From Chthoniobacter flavus (GTDB lineage: Bacteria; Verrucomicrobiota; Verrucomicrobiia; Chthoniobacterales; JACTMZ01), in the NCBI GenBank assembly GCA_945878135.1, contig CAMDUL010000012.1, positions 15,637-79,636 on the forward strand: a stretch of DNA of 64,000 nucleotides. Direction: 5' to 3'. Position 1 is the stretch's first letter, and the number at the start of each line of letters is the position of its first letter. Made by a program: the position numbers and the translations under genes. Below the pieces are notes generated by a model, which saw only the letters and a program-made list of their open reading frames with translations, searched no databases and had not been told where the DNA came from. Below are positions 1-8,868 of the stretch, piece after piece.

Positions 1-758
1 AACCCGGTTGGTGGACGCGCGATTTCAGCAACTGGTTCGGCGGTCCGGTCTGGGACGGCGGCGGGCGCCTGCTGCTCGATCAACAACCGTCGATCGACCA
101 CTTCCGCTGGGCCGCGACTTATCCGCAGCGTTTCGGCGGCGACGACATGAACCGGCTGCGCGGCGCTTTCGGCAACTTCGCCTCGCCGCAAAACCCGTTC
201 TTCAACGGCAAGGTCGCCATGATCGTGCAGGGCGTGTGGATGAACAATTTCATCCGGCAATACGCCGAGCCGGATTTCGAATACGGCGTGGCCCCGTTCC
301 CCACGCCGGCCGCGCGGCCCGGTCCGCCGGTTTCCGTCGCCGACTGCGACGTGCTGGTCATCCCGAACGGGGCGCGGCATCCGCGCGAGGCCATGGAATT
401 CATCGCCTACACCCAGACGCGGGCCGCCATGGAGAAGCTGTGCCTCGGGCAGAAAAAATTCACCCCGCTGCGCGAGGTCAGTCCGGGGTTCGTCGAAAAC
501 CACCCGCACCCGTATCTGCAGACCTTCATCGATCTGGCCAACAGCCCGAACGTGCGGCCCATCCTCGCCCTGCCCACCGTCCTGCAATACTCCAACGACC
601 TCGCCACCTACATGAACCTCCTCCTCCTCGGCCGCCTCGGACCCGACGAGGCGCGCGCCGCGCTGCAGGAACGCCAGCAACGGGCCCTCGACCAGAAGAC
701 GGAGCGCTGGAACCGCGTGAAAGACAAACGCCTCGCGCGATGGCGTGCCGCATCATAA
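1..758 (+). CDS. ABC transporter extracellular solute-binding protein, C-terminal ~250 aa (5' end lies outside the window)
   Basis: Frame 3 is open from the window edge (PGWWTRDFSNWFGG...). It continues FASPQNPFFNGKVAMIVQGVWMNNF...VIPNGARHPREAMEFIAY, typical of a family-1 sugar SBP C-terminus. Stop TAA 756-758 overlaps the next ATG; permease and ATPase genes follow. Confidence 0.7.
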   Translation, partial: PGWWTRDFSNWFGGPVWDGGGRLLLDQQPSIDHFRWAATYPQRFGGDDMNRLRGAFGNFASPQNPFFNGKVAMIVQGVWMNNFIRQYAEPDFEYGVAPFPTPAARPGPPVSVADCDVLVIPNGARHPREAMEFIAYTQTRAAMEKLCLGQKKFTPLREVSPGFVENHPHPYLQTFIDLANSPNVRPILALPTVLQYSNDLATYMNLLLLGRLGPDEARAALQERQQRALDQKTERWNRVKDKRLARWRAAS

Positions 759-1675
759 TGACCGCGCGCGAAAAGGAACGCCTGCGCACGGGGCTGCTTT
801 TTATCAGCCCGTGGCTGCTCGGATTCGCCGCGCTGACCCTTTACCCGCTGCTCGCTTCGGTCTGGTTTTCCCTCTGCGACTACAGCGTGCTGACCGAACC
901 GGTTTTCCTCGGCACGGAGAATTACCGCGAACTCTGGCGCGACGAGGTCTTCTGGCTGGCCCTGCGCAACACGGTCGTCTTCGCCGCCGTGTCCATCCCG
1001 CTCGGCACCGCGCTGGCCATCGGACTGGCCGTGCTGCTCAACCAACCGGTGCGCGGACGCGGCCTCTACCGCACCATCTTTTTCCTGCCCTCGCTCGTGC
1101 CCGCCATTTCGCTCGCCATCCTCTGGCAGTGGCTGCTCAATGGCTCGGTCGGACTGGTCAACGAGGTGCTGCAATGGCCGCTGAGCCTCGTCAACTTGGT
1201 CGCCGGCACCTCCTTGCGCGCGCCCGACTGGCTCAACGATCCGTCATGGGCGCTGTGGGGACTTGTCCTGACCGGACTGTGGGGCGCCGGCAATGCCATG
1301 GTCATCTACCTCGCGGGCCTGCAGGAAATCCCCGCGGAGCTTTACGAAGCGGCCGAAATGGATGGCGCCAACGCGTGGCAGCGCTTCGTGAACATAACCC
1401 TCCCGCTGCTCACTCCGGTCATTTTTTTCAATGTCATCATGGGCCTCATCGGGTCGCTGCAGACCTTCGCCGTGCCTTACATCCTGACCAATGGCGGGGA
1501 CGGCCCCGGACGCAGTCTGCTCTTCCTCGCCACCTACATTTACCAGAGCGCCTTCGATTACTGGAACATGGGCTACGCTTCGGCCCTCGCCCTCGTGCTT
1601 TTCCTCCTCATCCTCGCCCTCACCCTCGTCGTCGTGCGCTTCGGGGAGAAACGCGTGCATTATGCCGGACGCTGA
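758..1675 (+). CDS. carbohydrate ABC transporter permease (MalF/UgpA type)
   Basis: Inner part of ORF 8..1675. ATG 758 overlaps the upstream stop (alternative ATG 740). Multi-TM protein with EAA loop LAGLQEIPAELYEAAEMDGANAWQRFVNITLPLL. Confidence 0.85.
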   Translation: MTAREKERLRTGLLFISPWLLGFAALTLYPLLASVWFSLCDYSVLTEPVFLGTENYRELWRDEVFWLALRNTVVFAAVSIPLGTALAIGLAVLLNQPVRGRGLYRTIFFLPSLVPAISLAILWQWLLNGSVGLVNEVLQWPLSLVNLVAGTSLRAPDWLNDPSWALWGLVLTGLWGAGNAMVIYLAGLQEIPAELYEAAEMDGANAWQRFVNITLPLLTPVIFFNVIMGLIGSLQTFAVPYILTNGGDGPGRSLLFLATYIYQSAFDYWNMGYASALALVLFLLILALTLVVVRFGEKRVHYAGR

Positions 1676-2507
1676 CCCCATCGCCCGCCACCGCAACCGC
1701 TGGTTCGCCGTCATCCTGCTGGTCGGGTTCAGCATCGTCTTTTTCCTGCCGTTCGCCTGGATGGTCTCGACCTCGCTCAAGCCACTCAACGAAACGATGA
1801 GCCTGCCGCCGCGCTGGCTGCCGTCCGAGCCGCAATGGCAAAACTACCCCGATGCCATGCGCGCGATGGGCCCGTTCTGGCTCTACGCGCGCAACAGCCT
1901 GATGCTTGCGCTGCTCAATGTCGTCGGCACCGTGGCCTCCAGCGCGCTGGTGGCCTACGGGTTCTCCCGCATCGAATGGCGCGGACGCGACAGCGTCTTC
2001 CTCCTCCTTCTCGCCACCATGATGATCCCCTTCCCCGTGGTCATGGTTCCGGTCTACACGCTTTTCCGCGAACTCGGCTGGATCGGCACCTTCAAACCGC
2101 TCTGGGTGCCCGCCTTCCTCGCCGGTGCGTTCAATGTCTTCCTCCTGCGGCAATTTTTCCTCTCCATCCCGAAGGACCTGACCGAAGCCGCGCGCATGGA
2201 CGGCTGCGGCGAATTCCGCATTTTCTGGCAGATCATCCTCCCGCTGGCCAAACCCGCCCTGCTCACCGTCGCGCTCTTCCAGTTCATGGCCACGTGGAAC
2301 GACTTCCTCGGGCCGCTTATCTTCCTCGTGCGCCAGGAGCAATTCACCCTCGCCCTCGGATTGCAGAATTTCCAGAGCGTGCAGGGCGGCACCGCATGGC
2401 ACTGGCTCATGGCCGCCTCCACCCTCGTCGTCCTCCCCGTCGTCTTCCTCTTCTTCCTCACCCAGCGGACCTTCATCCGCGGCATCTCCACCACCGGATT
2501 CAAATAA
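1662..2507 (+). CDS. carbohydrate ABC transporter permease (MalG/UgpE type)
   Basis: Inner part of ORF 1491..2507, starting MPDADPIARHRNRWFAVILL. EAA loop LSIPKDLTEAARMDGCGEFRIFWQIILPLAKP. Overlaps the upstream gene by 14 nt. Confidence 0.85.
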   Translation: MPDADPIARHRNRWFAVILLVGFSIVFFLPFAWMVSTSLKPLNETMSLPPRWLPSEPQWQNYPDAMRAMGPFWLYARNSLMLALLNVVGTVASSALVAYGFSRIEWRGRDSVFLLLLATMMIPFPVVMVPVYTLFRELGWIGTFKPLWVPAFLAGAFNVFLLRQFFLSIPKDLTEAARMDGCGEFRIFWQIILPLAKPALLTVALFQFMATWNDFLGPLIFLVRQEQFTLALGLQNFQSVQGGTAWHWLMAASTLVVLPVVFLFFLTQRTFIRGISTTGFK

Positions 2508-2509
2508 CC

Positions 2510-3649
2510 ATGGCCGAAATCGTCATCGACAACCTCCGCAAAGTTTACCCGGGAGCCAAAGGCCAGCCGGACAAAGTCGCCGTGGAAGGCGCGAGCTTCA
2601 CCATCCACGACAAGGAGTTTCTTGTCCTCGTCGGACCGTCCGGCTGCGGAAAGACCACCACCCTGCGCATGATCGCCGGGCTCGAGGACATCACCTCGGG
2701 CAGCATCCGCCTCGACGGACGCCTGATCAACGACGTCGCGCCCAAGGACCGCGATCTCGCCATGGTTTTCCAGAACTACGCGCTCTACCCGCACATGACG
2801 GTCTACCGCAACATGGCCTACGCCCTGGAATTGCGCCGCGTGCCGAAGGACGACATCCGCCGGCGCGTGGAAAACGCGGCCAAACTGCTCGGACTGCTCG
2901 AACCGGACAACCTCCTCGAGCGCAAACCCAAGGCGCTTTCCGGCGGACAGCGCCAGCGCGTCGCCCTCGGCCGCGCCATCGTGCGCGAACCGAAAGCGTT
3001 TCTTTTCGACGAACCCCTCTCGAACCTCGACGCCAAGATGCGCGTGGAAACGCGCGCCGAACTCTCCCGTCTGCACCACGCCTTGCAGGCCACCATGGTT
3101 TATGTCACGCACGACCAGGTCGAGGCCATGACCTTGGCCGACCGCATCGTGGTCATGAACGGCGGACGCATCCAGCAGATCGCTCCGCCGCTCGAGGTCT
3201 ACCACCGTCCGGCCAACCTCTTCGTCGCCGGCTTCATCGGCAGCCCTCGCATGAACACCATCACGGGAACCGTGACCGGCGAAGGCGACCGCGTGATCTT
3301 CACCGAGAAAGGCACCGACCACCCCATCCGTCTCGCCATGCGCGGCGACTTGGCGCGCCTTCTGGAAAAACACCTCGGGCAAGAGGTCATTCTCGGCCTG
3401 CGCCCCGAACACCTGGCCGATGCACGCGATCTCACCGACCCCGATCCCGGCGCGACCTTCGAAGCCCGAGTCGATGTGGTCGAACCGGTCGGAGCGGAGA
3501 CCTGGGTCTACCTGCGCTCGTCCGCCCACCAACTCATCGCCCGCGTCCCCCACGCCGAACCGCGCACCGACATCGGACACACCCTGCACTTCACCGCCGA
3601 CCTTTCCCGCGCCCGCTTCTTCCATCCGGGCACGGGCGAGAGCCTGTAA
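2510..3649 (+). CDS. sugar ABC transporter ATP-binding protein (MalK/UgpC type)
   Basis: Starts MAEIVIDNLRKVY. Walker A GPSGCGKTT, Q-loop MVFQNYALYPH, signature LSGGQRQRVALGRA, Walker B FLFDEPLSNLD, H-loop YVTHDQ, then FIGSPRMN and a MalK-like C-terminal domain. Confidence 0.92.
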   Translation: MAEIVIDNLRKVYPGAKGQPDKVAVEGASFTIHDKEFLVLVGPSGCGKTTTLRMIAGLEDITSGSIRLDGRLINDVAPKDRDLAMVFQNYALYPHMTVYRNMAYALELRRVPKDDIRRRVENAAKLLGLLEPDNLLERKPKALSGGQRQRVALGRAIVREPKAFLFDEPLSNLDAKMRVETRAELSRLHHALQATMVYVTHDQVEAMTLADRIVVMNGGRIQQIAPPLEVYHRPANLFVAGFIGSPRMNTITGTVTGEGDRVIFTEKGTDHPIRLAMRGDLARLLEKHLGQEVILGLRPEHLADARDLTDPDPGATFEARVDVVEPVGAETWVYLRSSAHQLIARVPHAEPRTDIGHTLHFTADLSRARFFHPGTGESL

Positions 3650-3650
3650 T

Positions 3651-4919
3651 TCAGCGCGCGGTCCGGCCCGGCGGACGTCCCACCTTCGGCGCCTTGGCAA
3701 AGGCCGGATTGAAAAGCTTGCGGTATTGCCCGGGTGACATGCCGGTCAGGCGCGTGAAAACGAGCACCAGACGGGCCTCGCTGCGAAAACCGCTCTCGCG
3801 CGCCACATAACCCTGCTTTTCGGATCCCTCGACCAGCAACCGCTTGGCGTGCTCCACACGCAGGCGCGTGATTTCTTCGGCAGCACTGCGGCCGATAACC
3901 CGCAGGAAGGCATCGTGCAACCGCCGGCGCGACATGGGGACATCGGCAATGATGCCCTCCGCCGTCAGCGGCTCCCGGTAGCGGCGGCGCATCTCCTGCA
4001 AGGCCCGCGCCACCTGCGGGTGTTCGACCGCCAACACATCGGTGCTGCGCCGCGTGACCACTCCGAGGGGTTGCACTGCAATCTCGCGCGCCGCGACCGG
4101 ACGGCAAGACATCAGCCGGTCGAGCACAAGGCAGGCCTGACGCCCGATCCCCTCCGCGTTGTCGTCCACGCTGGACAATGGCACAGGCGCGAAAGGACAA
4201 AGCAGCTCGTCGTTCCCGACCCCAAGCACCGCGATATCCTCGGGGATGCGCAATCCCGCTTCCTCCGCCGCGCTGATCACCTCGGTCGCGGAATCGTCGA
4301 CCTCGGACAGCACGCCGATCGGGGTCGGCAACTTTTGCAACTCCCCCGCCAACCACCGGGTCGGCGGCACGCCGCGCGGACAGCACCTCCGGTCGAGCAC
4401 CGTCAGACCATGTCCGGTCACGGCCAACTCGCGGCGGAAAGCCTCCAACCGCCCCACATCCCCCGCCCCGCCCACGCGCTCGTAGTAGGCGAACTGCCGG
4501 AACCCGCGGTTGCGGAAATGATGGGCCGCGAGGCGCGCCACGGCGCGCTGGTCGGCAAAGACCCGCGGGGCCTGTCCGCGGGGGGTGTAGCCGATATTGA
4601 CCAACGGCAGACGGTGCCGGGCCACCAAGCGATCCAGCGCCGGATGCACCCCGAGCACGGCAATGATACCGTCGAAACGCCAGTCCGCCGGCAAAGCGCC
4701 CGAGCGTTCGTAGCTGCTGTCGAGAATCCAGTCGGCATCGCGGGCGTAGGACGTGATTCCGCGAAAAACACCGGTGGTATGCCACGCCAGCAAAACCAAG
4801 ATCCTGCGACGGACAGCGGTCTTTTCGGACTGGACGCAAGTTTGACGCACCAAATCATTAATCACCAAGAGGCCCAGACTGGCAACGTCCCGAAACAGAA
4901 AAAAGTAGTCCGATCCCAC
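3651..4919 (-). CDS. XylR-like transcriptional regulator (periplasmic-binding-protein-like sensor domain + AraC-type HTH)
   Basis: RILVLLAW...FDGIIAV...LPLVNIG...GFRQFAYY...PIGVLSEVDDSATEVISAAEEAGLRIPEDIAVLGVGNDEL...VVTRRSTD aligns with my recollection of E. coli XylR. AraC HTH at the C-terminus (GFRSEARLVLVFTRLTGMSPGQYRK). Start uncertain: codon at 4919 is GTG, and an alternative GTG at 4850 gives a more usual N-terminus. Confidence 0.75.
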   Translation of the reverse strand: MGSDYFFLFRDVASLGLLVINDLVRQTCVQSEKTAVRRRILVLLAWHTTGVFRGITSYARDADWILDSSYERSGALPADWRFDGIIAVLGVHPALDRLVARHRLPLVNIGYTPRGQAPRVFADQRAVARLAAHHFRNRGFRQFAYYERVGGAGDVGRLEAFRRELAVTGHGLTVLDRRCCPRGVPPTRWLAGELQKLPTPIGVLSEVDDSATEVISAAEEAGLRIPEDIAVLGVGNDELLCPFAPVPLSSVDDNAEGIGRQACLVLDRLMSCRPVAAREIAVQPLGVVTRRSTDVLAVEHPQVARALQEMRRRYREPLTAEGIIADVPMSRRRLHDAFLRVIGRSAAEEITRLRVEHAKRLLVEGSEKQGYVARESGFRSEARLVLVFTRLTGMSPGQYRKLFNPAFAKAPKVGRPPGRTAR

Positions 4920-4920
4920 C

Positions 4921-4969
4921 GGTTGCGATGAGGAGCACCTGCGCTACAGGTAAGGCCGATATCGCAACC
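4921..4969. promoter_or_regulatory. 9-bp inverted repeat GGTTGCGAT-N31-ATCGCAACC in the divergent regulator/PEP-CTERM intergenic region (candidate operator)
   Basis: Read directly from the DNA. It lies between the XylR-like gene and the first secreted-protein gene. Confidence 0.3.
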
Positions 4970-4983
4970 TACACCTTCACCCC

Positions 4984-5763
4984 ATGAAAGCAAATACCCT
5001 CCTCAAAGCCACCTCATCGCTGATCGCAGCCATCCTCCTTCCCGTCTCCGGCGCACAGGCCCAAACCTATCTGGTCGACTTCGGGGGCGCTGGCTTGTCC
5101 ACCCAACCTAGTTACGGAGCAGTGCCCACAATCAGCCCCGATACCAACGGAAACTACTGGAACAATTCCCAAGGCGGCCCCGGAGGACAGCCCAGCAATG
5201 TGAACAACTTGGTCAGCGCGCTGAATCTCACGAGCACGATCTCCTTGACCTGGACTAACTGGGGCGGCGGTGTGGCGACCGCCACCATGGGCGTGACTAA
5301 TGTCCCGGGGGCCTCCGAACTGGCATCCTCGCCGCTCAACATCGCAACGGCCACGGGAGACAGCGTCTTCCGCTCGACCGCGGGCACGAACCGCTTCTTC
5401 CTCGACGGACTGACCCCCGGAGGGCTTTACAACATCAGCATATTTGCCTCACGGACGGCGACGAACGCCAGGTCCACCCTTTTCACGGTGGCCGGCTTGT
5501 CGACCATCACCAACGTGGTCCAGACCTCCGGCACCGATCTTTCGGGCGCGGGCCTCAACTACAGCACGACGCCGTGGGATATCCTCGACTTTGCGGCCGA
5601 TACCAACGGTCAGATTGCCGTCGACTATACCATCAGCACCGGCGGCTTCGCCTACATCAACGCCATGTCGCTCGAAGTCGTGCCGGAACCGTCCACCCTC
5701 GGTCTGCTCGGCCTGGCGGCGGCGGGCACTTTTATGCATGTTCTGCGCCGCCGGCGCCGCTGA
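4984..5763 (+). CDS. secreted PEP-CTERM protein made of one copy of an unassigned ~200-aa module
   Basis: Signal peptide MKANTLLKATSSLIAAILLPVSGAQAQ. Module runs from LVDFGG...SPDTNGNYWNN to GGFAYINAMSLEV. C-terminal VPEPSTLGLLGLAAAGTFMHVLRRRRR is a PEP-CTERM sorting signal. Confidence 0.8.
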   Translation: MKANTLLKATSSLIAAILLPVSGAQAQTYLVDFGGAGLSTQPSYGAVPTISPDTNGNYWNNSQGGPGGQPSNVNNLVSALNLTSTISLTWTNWGGGVATATMGVTNVPGASELASSPLNIATATGDSVFRSTAGTNRFFLDGLTPGGLYNISIFASRTATNARSTLFTVAGLSTITNVVQTSGTDLSGAGLNYSTTPWDILDFAADTNGQIAVDYTISTGGFAYINAMSLEVVPEPSTLGLLGLAAAGTFMHVLRRRRR

Positions 5764-5790
5764 ACGGATTTTTCACGACCCCAACATGAC

Positions 5791-8700
5791 ATGACAGCAA
5801 ATCACGGGAGTATACCTATGATACGAACGTTTGATTTGAGTCTGCGGTGGCGGACGCGACTTCTTTCTTCGCTGATCGGTGTTCTTGTCATCGGTGCGGC
5901 CTCCCCGGCGGCGGCCCAGCTTTCGCGGTTGATTCTGGTGGATGTGAACGGCGACCGGGGCACGACCGTTTCGATGTTCAACGGCGTGCCGCACAGCTGG
6001 AACACTTTCCCGGCCAACAACTGGGAAATGCCCAACCTCACCCGGGCCGACGGTTCGTCCAGTAGCGTCTATCTCGCCGCCCAGACCGACATCTACCGCT
6101 CGATCGCAGCCGACGGCGACTACTGGCCGAACTGGATGCCGCAGCAGTCGGCCCTTGGACGCCTCGGACAAATCACCAATGCCCTCGTCGATGCCGTCAA
6201 AGGAGGCTCCGCCACAAATGCCTCGTTCATTTTCAAGGGACTCGACACCAACGCGACCTACCATCTCCGGCTCGTAGGGACCAAACAGTCCGGCACCTAC
6301 AAAGCCACCAAATACACCGTGTCCAGCGGGCCGGGACGTGCCACGACCGACGAGGTCGTCCTGCAAACCTCCGGCAACAACGCCAATAGTTCCGATCCGA
6401 CCAAGGATCCCGATCTGAATTTCAATGCGGTCAATCTCGCCGTTTTCCGCAACCTCGTGCCGGCCGCTCTCGACGGCGGCAGCCTCGTCCTCGATATCCG
6501 GGCCGCCGATGGCTCCGACGAATTCATGCTCAACGCCCTCGAGCTCGAGGAGGTCCCGCCGGGCAACGGACCACTTCACCTTGTCGACTTCGGCGGATTG
6601 GGATCGTCCACCCAGCCCAGCTACGGTGCCGTGCCCACCGTCAGCCCCGATGCCAACGGAAATTATTGGAACAACTCGGCCGGCGGTCCCTTCGGTGCCC
6701 CGGGCAACATCGCCTCCCTGGTCAACCAGTTCAACGAATCCTCGCCGATCAGCCTGACGTGGTTGACCAGCGGCGGAGGCGTGGCCACGACCAACATGGG
6801 CGTGACCAATGTGCCCGCCGGTTCCGCGCTGTCCTCCTCGCCGCTCAACATCACCACGGCGGTCGCTGACAGCGTGTTCACTTCGACGGCGGGCAGCACC
6901 AATTCCCTGCGTTTGTCCGGACTCGATACCGCCGTGCAATACAGCGTTTCCCTCTTCGCCTCGCGCACCGCAACCAACGCGCGCACGACCGCGTTCGAGG
7001 TGGTCGGCCGCACCACCGTGTCCAACTCGGTCCAGACCTCCGGCACCGACCTCGCGGGCTCCGGATTGAATTACAGCGTCACGCCCTGGACGTTCCAAGT
7101 CGCACCCGACAGCAGCGGGCGCATCACCATAAACTACAGCATCGCCGGCGGGGGGTTCGCTTACCTCAACGCGTTGGCGGTCCAAGCCACGACCAACCCG
7201 GCCGTCTCCCCCGGGGCGCCGTTCCTCGTCGATTTCGGCGGCGTCGGAGCGAGCAACCAGATCTCTGCCGGCCTCGTCCCCACGGCCAGCCCGGATACCA
7301 ACGGCAACTTCTGGAACAACTCGGCCGGCGGCAACTTCGGCCAGCCGAACAACGTCAACAATCTGGTCGACAAACTCAACCAACCCTCCTCGGTCAACCT
7401 GCTCTGGGAAATCTGGGGTGCCGGCGTCGGCTCCGGCAACTTCGGCGTCTCCAACGTCCTCTACCCCGACCTCGGCATCGCCACCGCGGCCCAGGACGGC
7501 GTCTACACGACCAGCCGCACCGACTACAATTCACTTCTCCTCCGCGGCCTCGATCCCTCCATCCAATACAGCCTCGCGCTGCTCGCCTCGCGCGCCTCGA
7601 CAGAGGCACGCTACACGGACTTCATCATCGACGGTGCCGCCAGCCTGACCAACCGCGTGCAGACCTCCGGCACCGATCTCGGCGGCGCCGGGATCAATTA
7701 CAATCCCTCGCCGCTCCAAGTCACCTTGGCCCCGACCCCGTGGGGCGAAATCCGCGTTCGCTACCGCGCCGCCGAGATCGGCGGAGCCTTCGCCTACCTC
7801 AACGCCCTCTCCCTCCTGCCCACCGGCATTCCGTCCGGCAACCCGACCAATGCGAATCCGGCCGCCCGCACCGCTTTCGGACGCTGGATGCTCGAGCGCG
7901 GCTGGACCAATGAGGCGCAACTGCAACCTTTCGCGGACGCGGACGGCAATGGCATGGCCAACCTGCTCGAATACGGCCTCGCGGCCGGAACCAGCTCCGC
8001 GGCCGGCGTGGCCGAACTCGCGCCGGCTATCGCCATGAGCAACGGCTACCTCACCATGACCTACCGCCAGCGGACCAATGACCCGAGCCTCGCGGTCCGC
8101 GCCGAATACACCGCCAGCCTCAACGGATCCTGGCAACCCGAGGGAACGACCAGCGGGCCGGTGGCCATCGCCGCCAACGCGCTCGCCGGCGGCCTCGGAC
8201 GCCTTGTCACCGTTCGCGCCCCCGAACCCATGTCCGCCGGCTCGCGCGGATTCTTGCGCGCCGTCGCCGGCCAGAGGTTGCTCGTTGCGGGCAGCAGCAT
8301 CATGCAGCGCTGGACCACCATAACCAACGACCTCGCGCCGGTGCCGGTGTTCAACCGGGCGGTCAGCGGCTCGACCGCTTTCCAGTGGATGCCCGCGGCC
8401 GATGCCGGTTACTGGGAAAGCCGCGTGACGTCACAGGACAATCCCGCCCTCCTGCTCTACCTGGGCAGCAACGATATCGCCAACGGGAACGACTTCTATG
8501 ACGTTTATTTGCGCCTCAATACAATCCTCACGGAATTCTGGACCGAATACCCCGGTGCACCGGTGCTCTATGTCTCGGTGATCCGTTCCCCGCTCAAAGC
8601 CGCCAACGGCCAGGCACTGGACGTGGACGACCTCAACATCATGATGGATAACCTCGCTTTTGCCGAACCGCTTCTGCACTTCGTCGACATCAACCCCGCT

Positions 8701-8841
8701 TTGGTTGATGCGGACGGCAACGCGCTCGAGCCGGGACTGTTCACGTCCGACAACAACCATCTCACCGCCACCGGCTACGAACGCATCAACCAGATCATCC
8801 GGCCCGCCCTGCTGGACATGTGGAACGCGCTGCGTCGCTAG
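5791..8841 (+). CDS. large secreted multidomain protein: 3 copies of the same module, calcium-loop segment, C-terminal SGNH/GDSL hydrolase
   Basis: Signal peptide (alternative start ATG 5818, MIRTFDL...AASPAAAQ). Module copies at about 5935-6540 (divergent), 6570-7190 and 7215-7815. DADGNGMANLLEYGL at ~7930-7980. SGNH blocks VAGSSIM, GSNDI and DNNHLT at ~8270-8838. Confidence 0.8.
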   Translation: MTANHGSIPMIRTFDLSLRWRTRLLSSLIGVLVIGAASPAAAQLSRLILVDVNGDRGTTVSMFNGVPHSWNTFPANNWEMPNLTRADGSSSSVYLAAQTDIYRSIAADGDYWPNWMPQQSALGRLGQITNALVDAVKGGSATNASFIFKGLDTNATYHLRLVGTKQSGTYKATKYTVSSGPGRATTDEVVLQTSGNNANSSDPTKDPDLNFNAVNLAVFRNLVPAALDGGSLVLDIRAADGSDEFMLNALELEEVPPGNGPLHLVDFGGLGSSTQPSYGAVPTVSPDANGNYWNNSAGGPFGAPGNIASLVNQFNESSPISLTWLTSGGGVATTNMGVTNVPAGSALSSSPLNITTAVADSVFTSTAGSTNSLRLSGLDTAVQYSVSLFASRTATNARTTAFEVVGRTTVSNSVQTSGTDLAGSGLNYSVTPWTFQVAPDSSGRITINYSIAGGGFAYLNALAVQATTNPAVSPGAPFLVDFGGVGASNQISAGLVPTASPDTNGNFWNNSAGGNFGQPNNVNNLVDKLNQPSSVNLLWEIWGAGVGSGNFGVSNVLYPDLGIATAAQDGVYTTSRTDYNSLLLRGLDPSIQYSLALLASRASTEARYTDFIIDGAASLTNRVQTSGTDLGGAGINYNPSPLQVTLAPTPWGEIRVRYRAAEIGGAFAYLNALSLLPTGIPSGNPTNANPAARTAFGRWMLERGWTNEAQLQPFADADGNGMANLLEYGLAAGTSSAAGVAELAPAIAMSNGYLTMTYRQRTNDPSLAVRAEYTASLNGSWQPEGTTSGPVAIAANALAGGLGRLVTVRAPEPMSAGSRGFLRAVAGQRLLVAGSSIMQRWTTITNDLAPVPVFNRAVSGSTAFQWMPAADAGYWESRVTSQDNPALLLYLGSNDIANGNDFYDVYLRLNTILTEFWTEYPGAPVLYVSVIRSPLKAANGQALDVDDLNIMMDNLAFAEPLLHFVDINPALVDADGNALEPGLFTSDNNHLTATGYERINQIIRPALLDMWNALRR

Positions 8842-8868
8842 CGGACCTGCCACGGCCGTTCACCCGCC

